DNA of 64,000 nt from contig OZ245843.1 of the NCBI GenBank assembly GCA_965228875.1, positions 3,702,616 to 3,766,615 on the forward strand, in the 5' to 3' direction. The position numbers were made by a program, and so were the translations under genes. This DNA is from Thalassobaculaceae bacterium. GTDB taxonomy: Bacteria > Pseudomonadota > Alphaproteobacteria > Thalassobaculales > Thalassobaculaceae. Position 1 is the first letter of the stretch. Each line of letters starts with the position of its first letter. The notes beneath the pieces are model-generated. The model searched no databases. It was not told the DNA's origin and saw only the letters and a program-made list of their open reading frames with translations. Positions 46,131-55,006 of this stretch are shown here, piece after piece.

Positions 46131-48717
46131 GCCGCTGACGCAGGCTGCGCGACGGCAACCCGGTGGCCGGCAGCCCGTTGTCGCTCTGGAACCGGCCGAT
46201 CGCCGCCCGCGTCATCGGTCCGGCAATGCCGTCGATCGGACCGTTGTAATATCCGAGATCCGCCAGGCCTTCCTGAATGGCGGCGACGTCCGGGGCACCG
46301 GTCGGCGGATCGAGCACCAGGCCCGCCGCCGCGCCGAGCGGTGCGTCCGGATTCTCGCCGGCCGACCGGGCGCGAAGCCAGGCCTGAGCGTCCTCCGAGC
46401 CGACCTTGGCCGCGTCGTACATCATCCGCTCGCGGGCGTTCATGTCGGGTTCGAACGTGGCCAGCGCATAGGCCGCCGCCGCGACCCCGCGATCGGCCGC
46501 ACGCCGGAACCACCGTTTGGCCTCCGCGTCGGACTGCGGAATGCCCTTTCCGAGAGCGTAGAGCCGGCCGAGGTTGTACTGGGCCAGCGGATGACCCTGT
46601 TCGGCGGCGCTATGGTACCAGAGCAGCGCGCGCGTCTGGTCCTCAGGCACCCCCATACCGAGTTCATACATCACGCCGAGATCGAACTGGGCCACGTCGA
46701 GGCCGTTGATCGCCGCCTCCCGGAACCAGGTTGCCGCCTCGGCCGGCCGCGGGTCGGCGGCCCGCATCATGCCGGCGGCAACCTCGAACTGCGCCGCCGG
46801 GTTGCCGGCTTCGGCCCGGCTGAGCGGTGCGGGACGCCCACCGTCCGCCGGCGCCTTCGGAACGGCCTGGGACCGGGGTTCGACCAGGACCGGGGCCGGC
46901 GGCGGCGCCACCGGGCGGGGATCGACCACCATGGCCGTCTGGGGTACCGGCGGTGCCGCGGCCGGGGCCTCGGGTGCCGGGGCCTCGGGTGCCGGGGCCT
47001 CGGGTGCGACCTCCTCGAGTGCAGGTCCCTCGGGTGCCTGTTCTGCCGTCCGGGTCGGTTCGGGATCGGGCGACCGCTCCGGGGCGTCCGACATGCTGGA
47101 ACCTTCCGCTGGCGGGGCCGGATCGGCGGCGGCAACGGCCGGTGGCTCGCTTGCCGGCGGCTCGGCAGAGGAGGGCTCGGCAGCGGGGGGTGGGTCGCCA
47201 GGGCGATCGCGGGCCGGCTCCACCCGCTCCATCACCCAGTCCGTCGCCTCGGTCAGGGCGAGGTGGAGGCTGCGCTCCGCTTCCGCAAGGCGGGCGCCGA
47301 GCGCGCCCATGCTGAGCGTACCCTCCCGATGCGCGGTCCACAGCGCTCCGCCGAACAGGGCGAGCGCGATGGCGGCGGCCAGCGCCAGCCGTCCGGTGCT
47401 CGCGATCCGCCGCGGCGGTGGCGCGGCCTCGATCGGTTCGCCCGAGAGACCGAGGGACCGGGTGTCGATCGGATCGGCCGGAAAGTCATAGGTGGGTGCG
47501 ATGGGTTCGGGACGCGGGTGCGGTTCCGTCGGGTCGCCGTCGACATCGACACCCGCAGGGCTGTGCGGGTCGCGATCGGCCGATGGTATGGCCTCGGACG
47601 GCTCGTCGGGCTCCAGGGGAAGATCCATCGGCCCGAAGGACGCCGGATCGAGTTCCCCGGGGCCCAGATCGTCCGGGATTTGGCCGGCCGGATCGGGGGC
47701 AGGGTCAGGGGCCGGGTCAGGGGCCGGGTCGGGGGCCGGATCGGGCGCGCGGTCCCCGGCATCGTCCCGGGCGACAGCCTCGCCGGCGCCGGAGACGGCC
47801 TCTCGGTCGGTATCGTTGGTCTTCGCCTCGTCCAGCAGATCGGCGGCGGCCCGGGTGAGGGCGGCATGGTCGATGTCGACCGCCGGCTCCCACCCCTCGG
47901 GCGGTCCGTCCGGCGTCTGGTCCGCGGACGGTACGGGAGCCGAGGTTTCGGCGTGGTCGAGATCGCCCGAGGTATCCGCGACGGATTCCGGACCGGGCTG
48001 AGGCGGCGGGGCAGGCGGGGGCGTGATGGGCCGGAACTGGATCGGTACCGGTTTCGGCCGCTCCGCCACAACCTCGCGAGCCGGAGCAGGGCCCGCGTCC
48101 GGCTCTTCGGCACCGTGTGGATCCGGATCCAGGGCCCAGATGGACTCCGCCATCTCCGATCCCTCCGGAATGGATAGGGCGTCTTCCGCCGCCCGCTCCG
48201 GGATATCGGCCGCGGGCGTTCGGTCGCCGACCACCGGCCGCAGCTCGATCGTCGTCCGCCGCTCGGAACCGCCGGGGGTCCTCTCCTCCGCCCATTCCAG
48301 AGACCGATCGTCCGCCTGGGAGTCGTCGGCCTGCGGTTCGCCCGGCGAGAGCCGGTTGGCGGGGGGCGGCAGCTGCTCCGCCTCGCGCTCCAGCGCGACC
48401 ACCCGCTCGGCGACGTCCTTCAGCGCGTAGCCGATCGGCCGCAGACGCGCCTCGAACAGACGCTCGCCATCGGCGATCCGGCTGAAGATCGCCTCGGCTG
48501 TGTCCCCACGGATTCCTTCGAGCCGACGCGGCGCGGCCGGTGCGGGACCGTCGCCGCCCGACGGCACGGGCACGCCGCGATTGGCCGCATCGGACTTGAT
48601 GGCGTGATCGATCCATTCGCCGATCGTCATGCCGGCAGCAGCGGCCGCCCGCCGCGCGATGTCGCGCGTCGCCTGATCGATTCCCTTTACGCTCCAGGCC
48701 GTGGAGTCGCGGGCCAC
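46123..48717 (-). CDS. podJ: PodJ-like polar localisation factor (PodJ-N motif, short coiled coil, Pro/acidic disordered region, TM helix, SEL1 repeats, PG-binding domain)
   Basis: WSVKGID...AGMTIGEWI; TM LALAAAIALALFGGALW; SEL1 AQYNLGRLY; PG-binding GYYNGPIDGIAG...FQ. Confidence 0.8.
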   Translation of the reverse strand: MARDSTAWSVKGIDQATRDIARRAAAAAGMTIGEWIDHAIKSDAANRGVPVPSGGDGPAPAAPRRLEGIRGDTAEAIFSRIADGERLFEARLRPIGYALKDVAERVVALEREAEQLPPPANRLSPGEPQADDSQADDRSLEWAEERTPGGSERRTTIELRPVVGDRTPAADIPERAAEDALSIPEGSEMAESIWALDPDPHGAEEPDAGPAPAREVVAERPKPVPIQFRPITPPPAPPPQPGPESVADTSGDLDHAETSAPVPSADQTPDGPPEGWEPAVDIDHAALTRAAADLLDEAKTNDTDREAVSGAGEAVARDDAGDRAPDPAPDPAPDPAPDPAPDPAGQIPDDLGPGELDPASFGPMDLPLEPDEPSEAIPSADRDPHSPAGVDVDGDPTEPHPRPEPIAPTYDFPADPIDTRSLGLSGEPIEAAPPPRRIASTGRLALAAAIALALFGGALWTAHREGTLSMGALGARLAEAERSLHLALTEATDWVMERVEPARDRPGDPPPAAEPSSAEPPASEPPAVAAADPAPPAEGSSMSDAPERSPDPEPTRTAEQAPEGPALEEVAPEAPAPEAPAPEAPAAAPPVPQTAMVVDPRPVAPPPAPVLVEPRSQAVPKAPADGGRPAPLSRAEAGNPAAQFEVAAGMMRAADPRPAEAATWFREAAINGLDVAQFDLGVMYELGMGVPEDQTRALLWYHSAAEQGHPLAQYNLGRLYALGKGIPQSDAEAKRWFRRAADRGVAAAAYALATFEPDMNARERMMYDAAKVGSEDAQAWLRARSAGENPDAPLGAAAGLVLDPPTGAPDVAAIQEGLADLGYYNGPIDGIAGPMTRAAIGRFQSDNGLPATGLPSRSLRQRLN

Positions 48718-48796
48718 CTCGTCCTCACTACCGGCGTCAATACCCGATCATAACGTGGTAGCGACGTCCGCGAAAGCAATCAGGAAACAGAACGGT

Positions 48797-49540
48797 CTAG
48801 CGGGACTTCCGACCGAAGAGTCTGCCAAAGAACCCCGGCCTGCGCTGACCGGGTAGGACAAACTCCTCGACCACGCGCATGCGGTCCAGCAGCTGCTCGA
48901 TCCGCCGTTCCAGCCCGTCGACGGTTTCCGACATGTCGGTCGGGATGCGGCGGACGAAGCGGTCGAGTTCGATGAAGTCGTCCTCGAGGCGATCGACCTT
49001 CCTCTCCACCATGTCGGTCGACCGGTTGCTCTCGAGCAGTTCCAGTCGACCGGCGAGTTCCGCGATCCGGTTCGACAGGCCGCGGACCCGCGCCTCCACG
49101 TCGTCGGCGCTGTCCGACGGCGCCTCCACCCGGTTTTCCAGCGCGTGCACCCGGTCGCGCAGCGCCGCGAGGCTCTCGCTGAACCGGGCATCCTCGCGGG
49201 CCAGAATGGTGTCGCGGGCCTGGCGCCATCTGCCGGGGCCGAAGCCGAAATCGGGATGGTCGGTGGCCCGCCGGCCCAGTCCGCGCACGATCTGCCGTCG
49301 ATCGTCCCCCGGCGGCGGGCCGTCCCCTGAAGACGGTCTCTCCGACGACGGACTGCCAGCCGGACCCGGATCGCCACCCCCGGACGGCGCGGCGCGGCGT
49401 TCGTCGTTGCCCGCCGCCGCCCGGATCCGACGCGACAGCCAGACGCCGATGGGCTCGCCGCTCCTGCGCGCCTCCTGTTTAGCGATCTCGCGATCCTCCC
49501 GCGATACGCCCTTGATGCTCCACGGAGAAGAGCCGGACAT
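48797..49540 (-). CDS. PodJ-N-motif coiled-coil protein with C-terminal amphipathic helix
   Basis: PWSIKGVS...ARRSGEPIGVWL; heptad-rich C-terminal half; ends RRPGFFGRLFGRKSR. Confidence 0.8.
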   Translation of the reverse strand: MSGSSPWSIKGVSREDREIAKQEARRSGEPIGVWLSRRIRAAAGNDERRAAPSGGGDPGPAGSPSSERPSSGDGPPPGDDRRQIVRGLGRRATDHPDFGFGPGRWRQARDTILAREDARFSESLAALRDRVHALENRVEAPSDSADDVEARVRGLSNRIAELAGRLELLESNRSTDMVERKVDRLEDDFIELDRFVRRIPTDMSETVDGLERRIEQLLDRMRVVEEFVLPGQRRPGFFGRLFGRKSR

Positions 49541-49676
49541 CGACCTACCGTCCCCAACTGGTCGTGTACCGCGGTAACTACCCGGTACGACTTACCCGAT
49601 CATGATACACAGAATCCGCAGGAAACGGGCAGAGTTTTGCGCACGACCGCCGGTGCAGACCGCGGGCTTTCCGCGC

Positions 49677-50069
49677 TCAGTCCCGGCCGTCGACCCGTCG
49701 TTCCAATCGTCCGATCCGATCTGCCAGCTTCTCGACGACGTCTTCAAGCCCGTCCAGGACATCAAGCAGCCGTGCCTCGCTCCGCTCCAGACGCTGGTGC
49801 ACGCCGGCGATCAGCGCCGCATCCTCGATCGCCTCGTCCCCCTCCGGGTCCACCGCGACCAGGGCCCCGGTCCGCTCGCCCCCCGGCCCCTCCGCCGGTT
49901 CGAGCGGCCTCCCGGAGGCTTCCGCCGCGCCGACCCGGCGGATCACGTGGCTCAGCCACTCACCCATCGTCGCGTCATGATCGGCGGCAGCCGACTTGGC
50001 GAGGTCGCGGGACTCGGCGGTTACGCCTTTGACGCTCCAGGGCAGCTTCGCCTTGTTTCGCGTGGCCAC
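49677..50069 (-). CDS. small PodJ-N-motif coiled-coil protein
   Basis: PWSVKGVT...ATMGEWLSHVI; C-terminal coiled coil; GGAG RBS. Confidence 0.78.
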   Translation of the reverse strand: MATRNKAKLPWSVKGVTAESRDLAKSAAADHDATMGEWLSHVIRRVGAAEASGRPLEPAEGPGGERTGALVAVDPEGDEAIEDAALIAGVHQRLERSEARLLDVLDGLEDVVEKLADRIGRLERRVDGRD

Positions 50070-50162
50070 GGGCAGACTCCGACAGGGCTACGGGACGGCG
50101 ACATGATATCGCAACCTGCCCCTTGCTTGAAACGCCCCGGTTTGCGTATGTTCCGGCGCGAC

Positions 50163-50237
50163 TGGGGCGTAGCCAAGCGGTAAGGCAGCGGTTTTTGGTA
50201 CCGCCATGCGCAGGTTCGAATCCTGCCGCCCCAGCCA
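50163..50237 (+). tRNA. tRNA-Gln (TTG) with encoded CCA
   Basis: TGGGGCG acceptor stem, AGCCAAGCGGTAAGGC D arm, TTG anticodon, GGTTCGAATCC T loop, CCA end. Confidence 0.97.
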
Positions 50238-50265
50238 ACTTCCCCAGCCAACTTCCCCAGCCAAC
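50229..50265 (+). repeat. 13-bp tandem triplication of the tRNA 3' end
   Basis: CCCCAGCCAACTT CCCCAGCCAACTT CCCCAGCCAAC. Confidence 0.9.
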
Positions 50266-50308
50266 CGCCCCGGCGATCCCGCCTGACCATTCACGTGGGC
50301 CGAAGGCG

Positions 50309-51682
50309 TCAGTCGGCCAGAACCACCAGATCGACGGGCGCGTCCAGACCCGAGACCGTTCTGCCGTCGCGGCGGACCGGGGCAACCGCGCGCGTATAGC
50401 CTTCCGCAGCCGCCCGCTCGAAGGTCTGGCGATCGGTGACGGCACGCACCCCTTCGACCTTTGTGTGTTTCTCCAGCTTGGCCGCCAGGTTCACCGCCGC
50501 CCCGATCACCGTGTATTCCAGCCGGCTCTCGTCGCCGACCGCCCCGAACACCACCGGACCCGCGGCGACGGCCGCCCCGACCGCCGGTGCCGGCAGGGCG
50601 GCGACGCGCCGGCGGTCCCGCCAGTCGGCCGTGGCTCGCATGACCGAGTCGACCGCCCGCAGGGCATCGGCGGCGGCGGTCTCGCTGACCCGTGTCGCGC
50701 CGAACGTGGCCATGATGCCGTCGCCCAGGAACTTGTCGATGCTGCCGCCGTGCCGCTGGATCAGCGGGACGACGAGGTGCTGGTAGTCGGACAGAAGGGA
50801 GAGCAGGACATCCGGCGGAATCTCGGTCGCGGCCTGCGAGAACCCGCGGATGTCGATATAGACCACGGCGGCCTCGCGCACCTCGCCGTGGCCGGCGCGG
50901 ACCGCATGGTCGAGATCCGTGATCCGGTCGGCCACGTCGCGGGCGAAGAACCGCGAAAGTTCGCGCGCCGCCATGTTCTCCCGCACCGCCTCGACCATCA
51001 GCCGGCGCGCCCGCACGATGGCGAAGGCGAGAATGCCGGTCACCGTCAGGATCGAGACGACCTTGTCGAACTCCGCGCCGACCAGAATGGCGTTCGTCGT
51101 CAGATACTGCACGTAGTCGCGGGTGATCGGCGAGTTCATGCCGTCCAGGAACGCGGCATACACCACCATCGCCATCCAGCCGAGGGCCGCCGCCAGGCCG
51201 GAGAGCACCACGTAGCGCGGCTCGAACCGCAGGGTCCGGAGGGCGATGAAGATGAACAGGTACAGTACCGTCGGCGCCTTCAGGTAGAACGCGGCCGGCT
51301 GCATGTACTGAACATGGAAGCTCCAGATGGTCCCCAGCAACAGCACCACGTCCGCCACCACGGACAGGCCGAGGAACCAGTCCGCCAGGCGCCGGCGGTA
51401 CGCGAGGTACAGACGCAGCACGGTGAAGGCGAGATAGGCGCCGAGCACCCACGGGATCGGATGCAGCTCGGCCTCGGGCGGGAAGGTCTTCGGCGAGATC
51501 AGGTACAGCGTGCCGAACCCGGCGACCACCGCGAGCTGGATCCAGCCGATCAGGGTCTCGCTGGCTTCCTGCTGAACCGCCAGGGCGTCGCGGACCGCCG
51601 CCGGCAGGGTCGCGGCAGCCCGGTCGGGCGGCGGGTCACGGCGGTCGGCCGCCGTCGGTGTCCGTCCGCCCTGCCCGCTCAT
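50309..51682 (-). CDS. membrane-bound class III adenylate/guanylate cyclase
   Basis: Multi-TM N-terminus; DIRGFS, DKFLGDG and YTVIG..VNLAAKLE motifs. Confidence 0.92.
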   Translation of the reverse strand: MSGQGGRTPTAADRRDPPPDRAAATLPAAVRDALAVQQEASETLIGWIQLAVVAGFGTLYLISPKTFPPEAELHPIPWVLGAYLAFTVLRLYLAYRRRLADWFLGLSVVADVVLLLGTIWSFHVQYMQPAAFYLKAPTVLYLFIFIALRTLRFEPRYVVLSGLAAALGWMAMVVYAAFLDGMNSPITRDYVQYLTTNAILVGAEFDKVVSILTVTGILAFAIVRARRLMVEAVRENMAARELSRFFARDVADRITDLDHAVRAGHGEVREAAVVYIDIRGFSQAATEIPPDVLLSLLSDYQHLVVPLIQRHGGSIDKFLGDGIMATFGATRVSETAAADALRAVDSVMRATADWRDRRRVAALPAPAVGAAVAAGPVVFGAVGDESRLEYTVIGAAVNLAAKLEKHTKVEGVRAVTDRQTFERAAAEGYTRAVAPVRRDGRTVSGLDAPVDLVVLAD

Positions 51683-51692
51683 CGCCGGACCG

Positions 51693-52559
51693 TCATCGCT
51701 CGACCGCCGGCCCGCGCTTCGGCGACCGTTTGATGCACCACAGCGAGGTCTCGTGGGCGCCGTCGGAGACCGGGATGCGGCCGGCCGCGGATCCGGCGAC
51801 CCGGGCGGCGAGCCGGGTGCGGGCATAGTGACTGGAGAACAGCGGCTCCATTCCCCCGGCGGCAAGCCACGCCGCGACCACCTGGTGCTCCGAATAGGCC
51901 CGCCAGCGCCAGGCCTCGGGGTAGCCGTCCGGCAGCAGGATGTCGTGAACGTGCACGATCACGCCGGGCTCGAGCGCCGGGATCATCTCGGAGAACAGCA
52001 GATCGACATCGGAGCCGGGCAGCGCGAGGTGGCTCGAGTCGATGAATAGGATGTCGCCGGGCGCCAGGACAGGCAGGGTTCCCGGCGCTACGTCCTGCAG
52101 GGTTCTGCGACGCAGACGCAGATTCAGTCCGGAGATGTCGGCCCGGGGCGCGGGATCGACGCAGTGGATCTCCGTACCCGTCTCGCCGTCTGTCGCCGCC
52201 TGAACCATGAATCGGGTGGAGTGGCCCGACCCGATCTCCAGGATCCGCCTCGGACGGCCGGCCCGCACGATGGCGTAGGCCGCGGCGCCGTCCAGACCGG
52301 GGAACCAGTCCTGGCCCCAGCGCGGCGTCGGCGGCGAGGCGCCGTCGAACCGGGCGACGATGTCGCCATAGCGATCGATCGCCGCCAGCACCTCGGCCAT
52401 GGCCGGCTCGGCGGCGGCGAACACCGGCTCCAGGGCGGGATAGGTCGCCGGCGGGCGTAGCGCGCGGGCGTAGCGATGCGGAACGAACACGCCGCGATTG
52501 GCAATACCAAGGGTCGTGGCAATCGCTAAAAGACGGTTCTTCAATGCCTTATGCCTCAC
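51693..52559 (-). CDS. class I SAM-dependent methyltransferase (Methyltransf_24-like)
   Basis: LEIGSGHST, FIDSSH and VHVHDI motifs. Confidence 0.9.
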   Translation of the reverse strand: MRHKALKNRLLAIATTLGIANRGVFVPHRYARALRPPATYPALEPVFAAAEPAMAEVLAAIDRYGDIVARFDGASPPTPRWGQDWFPGLDGAAAYAIVRAGRPRRILEIGSGHSTRFMVQAATDGETGTEIHCVDPAPRADISGLNLRLRRRTLQDVAPGTLPVLAPGDILFIDSSHLALPGSDVDLLFSEMIPALEPGVIVHVHDILLPDGYPEAWRWRAYSEHQVVAAWLAAGGMEPLFSSHYARTRLAARVAGSAAGRIPVSDGAHETSLWCIKRSPKRGPAVER

Positions 52560-52574
52560 TACCGGCGCGGTCGG

Positions 52575-53405
52575 TCAGAGCGTGAACTCCGCCCCTTCCC
52601 GTGCCATGACGGTTCCCGGTCGGACCGCCGCGGCCGCCGCCTCGATCCGATCCAGATCGGCATCCTCGTGCTTGGGATCGTGATGGAACAGCACCAGCGT
52701 CGACACGCCGGCGAGCTCCGCGAGACGAACGGCTTCCTGCCAGGTCGAATGGCCCCAGCCCGTATGGGCCGGCAGTTCGGCCTCGGTATAGGTCGCGTCG
52801 TAGAACGCCAGGTCGGCCCCGCGCATCAGATCCAGCACGTTGGCGTCATCCTGGCCCGGCACGTGTTCGGTGTCGGTGACATACGCCATCGTCCGGCCGC
52901 CATGCGTGATGCGGTAGCCGCAGGCGCCGCCCGGATGGTTCAGCGGCCGGGTCTCAACCAGGACCCCCGGAACGAGTTCCAGGCTGCCACCGCAGGGGAA
53001 CTCCTCGAAACTGACCTGGGCGCGGAACTCGTCGAGCGGGATCGGGAACAGGGGTGGCGACATCATCTTGTGCAGGATCATGCGCAGACCGAAGCTCTGT
53101 TCCAGCTTGGCGGCGCGGAACACGATCCGATTCTCCGGCACGTAGGCGGCGCTCCAGAACGGCAGTCCGACGATGTGATCCAGGTGGAAATGGGTCAGCA
53201 GGACGTCGATCGATCCCGGCGGCTCGGTCGCCATCGCCGCGCCGAGTTCCCGGATTCCGGTCCCGCCGTCGAGCACGATCCGGTGTCCGGCGCACCGCAC
53301 CTCGACGCAGGAGGTGTTGCCACCGTACTTCACGGTCCGCGGGCCCGGGCACGGCACGCTGCCGCGGGCTCCCCAGACCTTGACGACCATCCCGTCATCC
53401 GACAA
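52575..53405 (-). CDS. MBL-fold hydrolase, candidate cyclic-nucleotide phosphodiesterase
   Basis: WGARGS, YGGNTSC, THFHLDH, HPGG, TDTE, GHS and FHHDP motifs. Confidence 0.88.
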   Translation of the reverse strand: MSDDGMVVKVWGARGSVPCPGPRTVKYGGNTSCVEVRCAGHRIVLDGGTGIRELGAAMATEPPGSIDVLLTHFHLDHIVGLPFWSAAYVPENRIVFRAAKLEQSFGLRMILHKMMSPPLFPIPLDEFRAQVSFEEFPCGGSLELVPGVLVETRPLNHPGGACGYRITHGGRTMAYVTDTEHVPGQDDANVLDLMRGADLAFYDATYTEAELPAHTGWGHSTWQEAVRLAELAGVSTLVLFHHDPKHEDADLDRIEAAAAAVRPGTVMAREGAEFTL

Positions 53406-53490
53406 ACGACGTCTCCCGTCCTTGCGTCCAGGTCCCTGACGCGCCGATCACCGCCATTCCCATAGCACAGCCGCCGCCCCGGCGGAACGC

Positions 53491-53550
53491 GCCGAGGAAG
53501 CCGCCGAGGAAGCCGCCGGGGAACACGCCGAGGAACACGCCGAGGGAGGC
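53491..53550. repeat. intergenic 12-bp tandem repeat, five units
   Basis: GCCGAGGAAGCC x2, GCCGGGGAACAC, GCCGAGGAACAC, GCCGAGGGAGGC. Confidence 0.85.
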
Positions 53551-53718
53551 GCCAAAGAACCGGCCTGGGCGTTGCGGGACGAGCCGGCGGACCGGTGCGC
53601 GCGTGCCGGCTTGTGGCCCGAGGTCGAATGCCGCACATTGCCCACTCCCTCCGCCAGCCCTGCCAGTCCGCCTGGCCCCGACGCGCTACGGCACCTCCCA
53701 ACGACGAGCCCCCGGCCG

Positions 53719-54951
53719 ATGGCCCGACCCCAGACCACCGCGACGAACTGGACCGGCATCCTGTTCGGTTTCCTGCTGGCCACGCTGGCCGCCTTCCAGC
53801 AGTTCAAGTTGCCACCGCAGTTGCCCAGCCTGCTGGCCGAGTTCGACTACCCCAAGGTGATGGCCGGCGCCTTCATGTCGATCTACGCCGTGGTCGGCCT
53901 GGCCGTGTCGTTCGCCCTCGGCTGGCTGCTGCAGCGCCTCGGCACCCTGACGATCCTGCTCGCCGCCTTCGCCACCGCGATCGCCGGCAACGTCCTGGCA
54001 CTGGCGATCCCGGACAGCGCGGCCGTCATGCTGTCGTCGCGGGGCCTGGAGGGCCTCGCCTTCGCGGTGTTCGCCATCGCCGGCCCGGTCTACACCAACC
54101 GCAGTGCCGGCCCGGCCCACCTGCCTCTGGCGATCGCCCTGTCGGCCATGTGGATCCCCTGCGGTCAGATCGGCGCCAACCTGCTGGTGCCGGTCGGTCA
54201 TCTCGTCGAGAGCGAGGCGGTCGGCGGCTGGCGGCTGTCCTGGCTGGCGACGGCGGCGGCGACGGCGCTGCTGGCGCTGTGGATGATCGTCATCCGCCTG
54301 CGTGGCCGCACCGACCTCGACATGCGCACCCGCGGTCCGTCCGCCGCCGAGCCGCCGAACGGCGAGGAGCGCTGGGCGCTGAGCCTGGCCGCCCTGCTGT
54401 TCACCCTGTGGTCCGCCCAGTACTTCGCCTACATGACTTGGCTGCCGCAGTTCCTGGTCGAGGTTCACGGCCTGTCCCAGGACTGGGCGACGATCGGCTA
54501 TTCGGTGCCGGTGGTGATCCTGATCGTGGTCGGCCTGAGCACGTCCGTCGCGATCCGCCGCGGGGCTCCCCTGGCGCCGATGTTCGTCGGCTCCATCGTT
54601 CTGCAGGCCGCGGTCTGGTGGACCATCCCGTACACGACCACGCTGGCGACCGGGATCGCCTCGCTGGTCGCCTACGGGCTCGGGATCGGGGTGACGCCGG
54701 TCTGCCTGTTTGCGTTGCCGAGCACCATTCTCGGTTCGGCCCGCGCGGGTCCGGGCGCCTTCGCCGCGCTGATGAGCGGCCGCAATCTCGGGGTGCTGAT
54801 CGGCCCGATCCTGCTGCCGCAGATCCTGCTGGTGATGGACGTGTGGACCGACGTCACGCCGGTCTTCGCCGCGCTGACGACACTGTGCGCCGTCGGCGCC
54901 GTCCTGCTTGGCCTCGGCTTGGCCCGGATGGGGCGCTATCGGCCGGGTTGA
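53719..54951 (+). CDS. MFS transporter
   Basis: About 12 hydrophobic segments; GWLLQRLG motif-A-like; SRGLEG. Confidence 0.88.
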   Translation: MARPQTTATNWTGILFGFLLATLAAFQQFKLPPQLPSLLAEFDYPKVMAGAFMSIYAVVGLAVSFALGWLLQRLGTLTILLAAFATAIAGNVLALAIPDSAAVMLSSRGLEGLAFAVFAIAGPVYTNRSAGPAHLPLAIALSAMWIPCGQIGANLLVPVGHLVESEAVGGWRLSWLATAAATALLALWMIVIRLRGRTDLDMRTRGPSAAEPPNGEERWALSLAALLFTLWSAQYFAYMTWLPQFLVEVHGLSQDWATIGYSVPVVILIVVGLSTSVAIRRGAPLAPMFVGSIVLQAAVWWTIPYTTTLATGIASLVAYGLGIGVTPVCLFALPSTILGSARAGPGAFAALMSGRNLGVLIGPILLPQILLVMDVWTDVTPVFAALTTLCAVGAVLLGLGLARMGRYRPG

Positions 54952-55006
54952 ATCCCAACGGCGCCGGTCACAAGACCTGTCGGGTTTGATTCGGCCGTGA
55001 TGCGCC

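Noticed and set aside
46960..47750. EAPAP and PDPA coding repeats in the PodJ-like gene
   Set aside because: Ordinary low-complexity linker expansions in a disordered region.
53491..53550. Tandem repeats as a CRISPR array (also 50229-50265)
   Set aside because: Units are 12-13 bp with no unique spacers and no cas genes.
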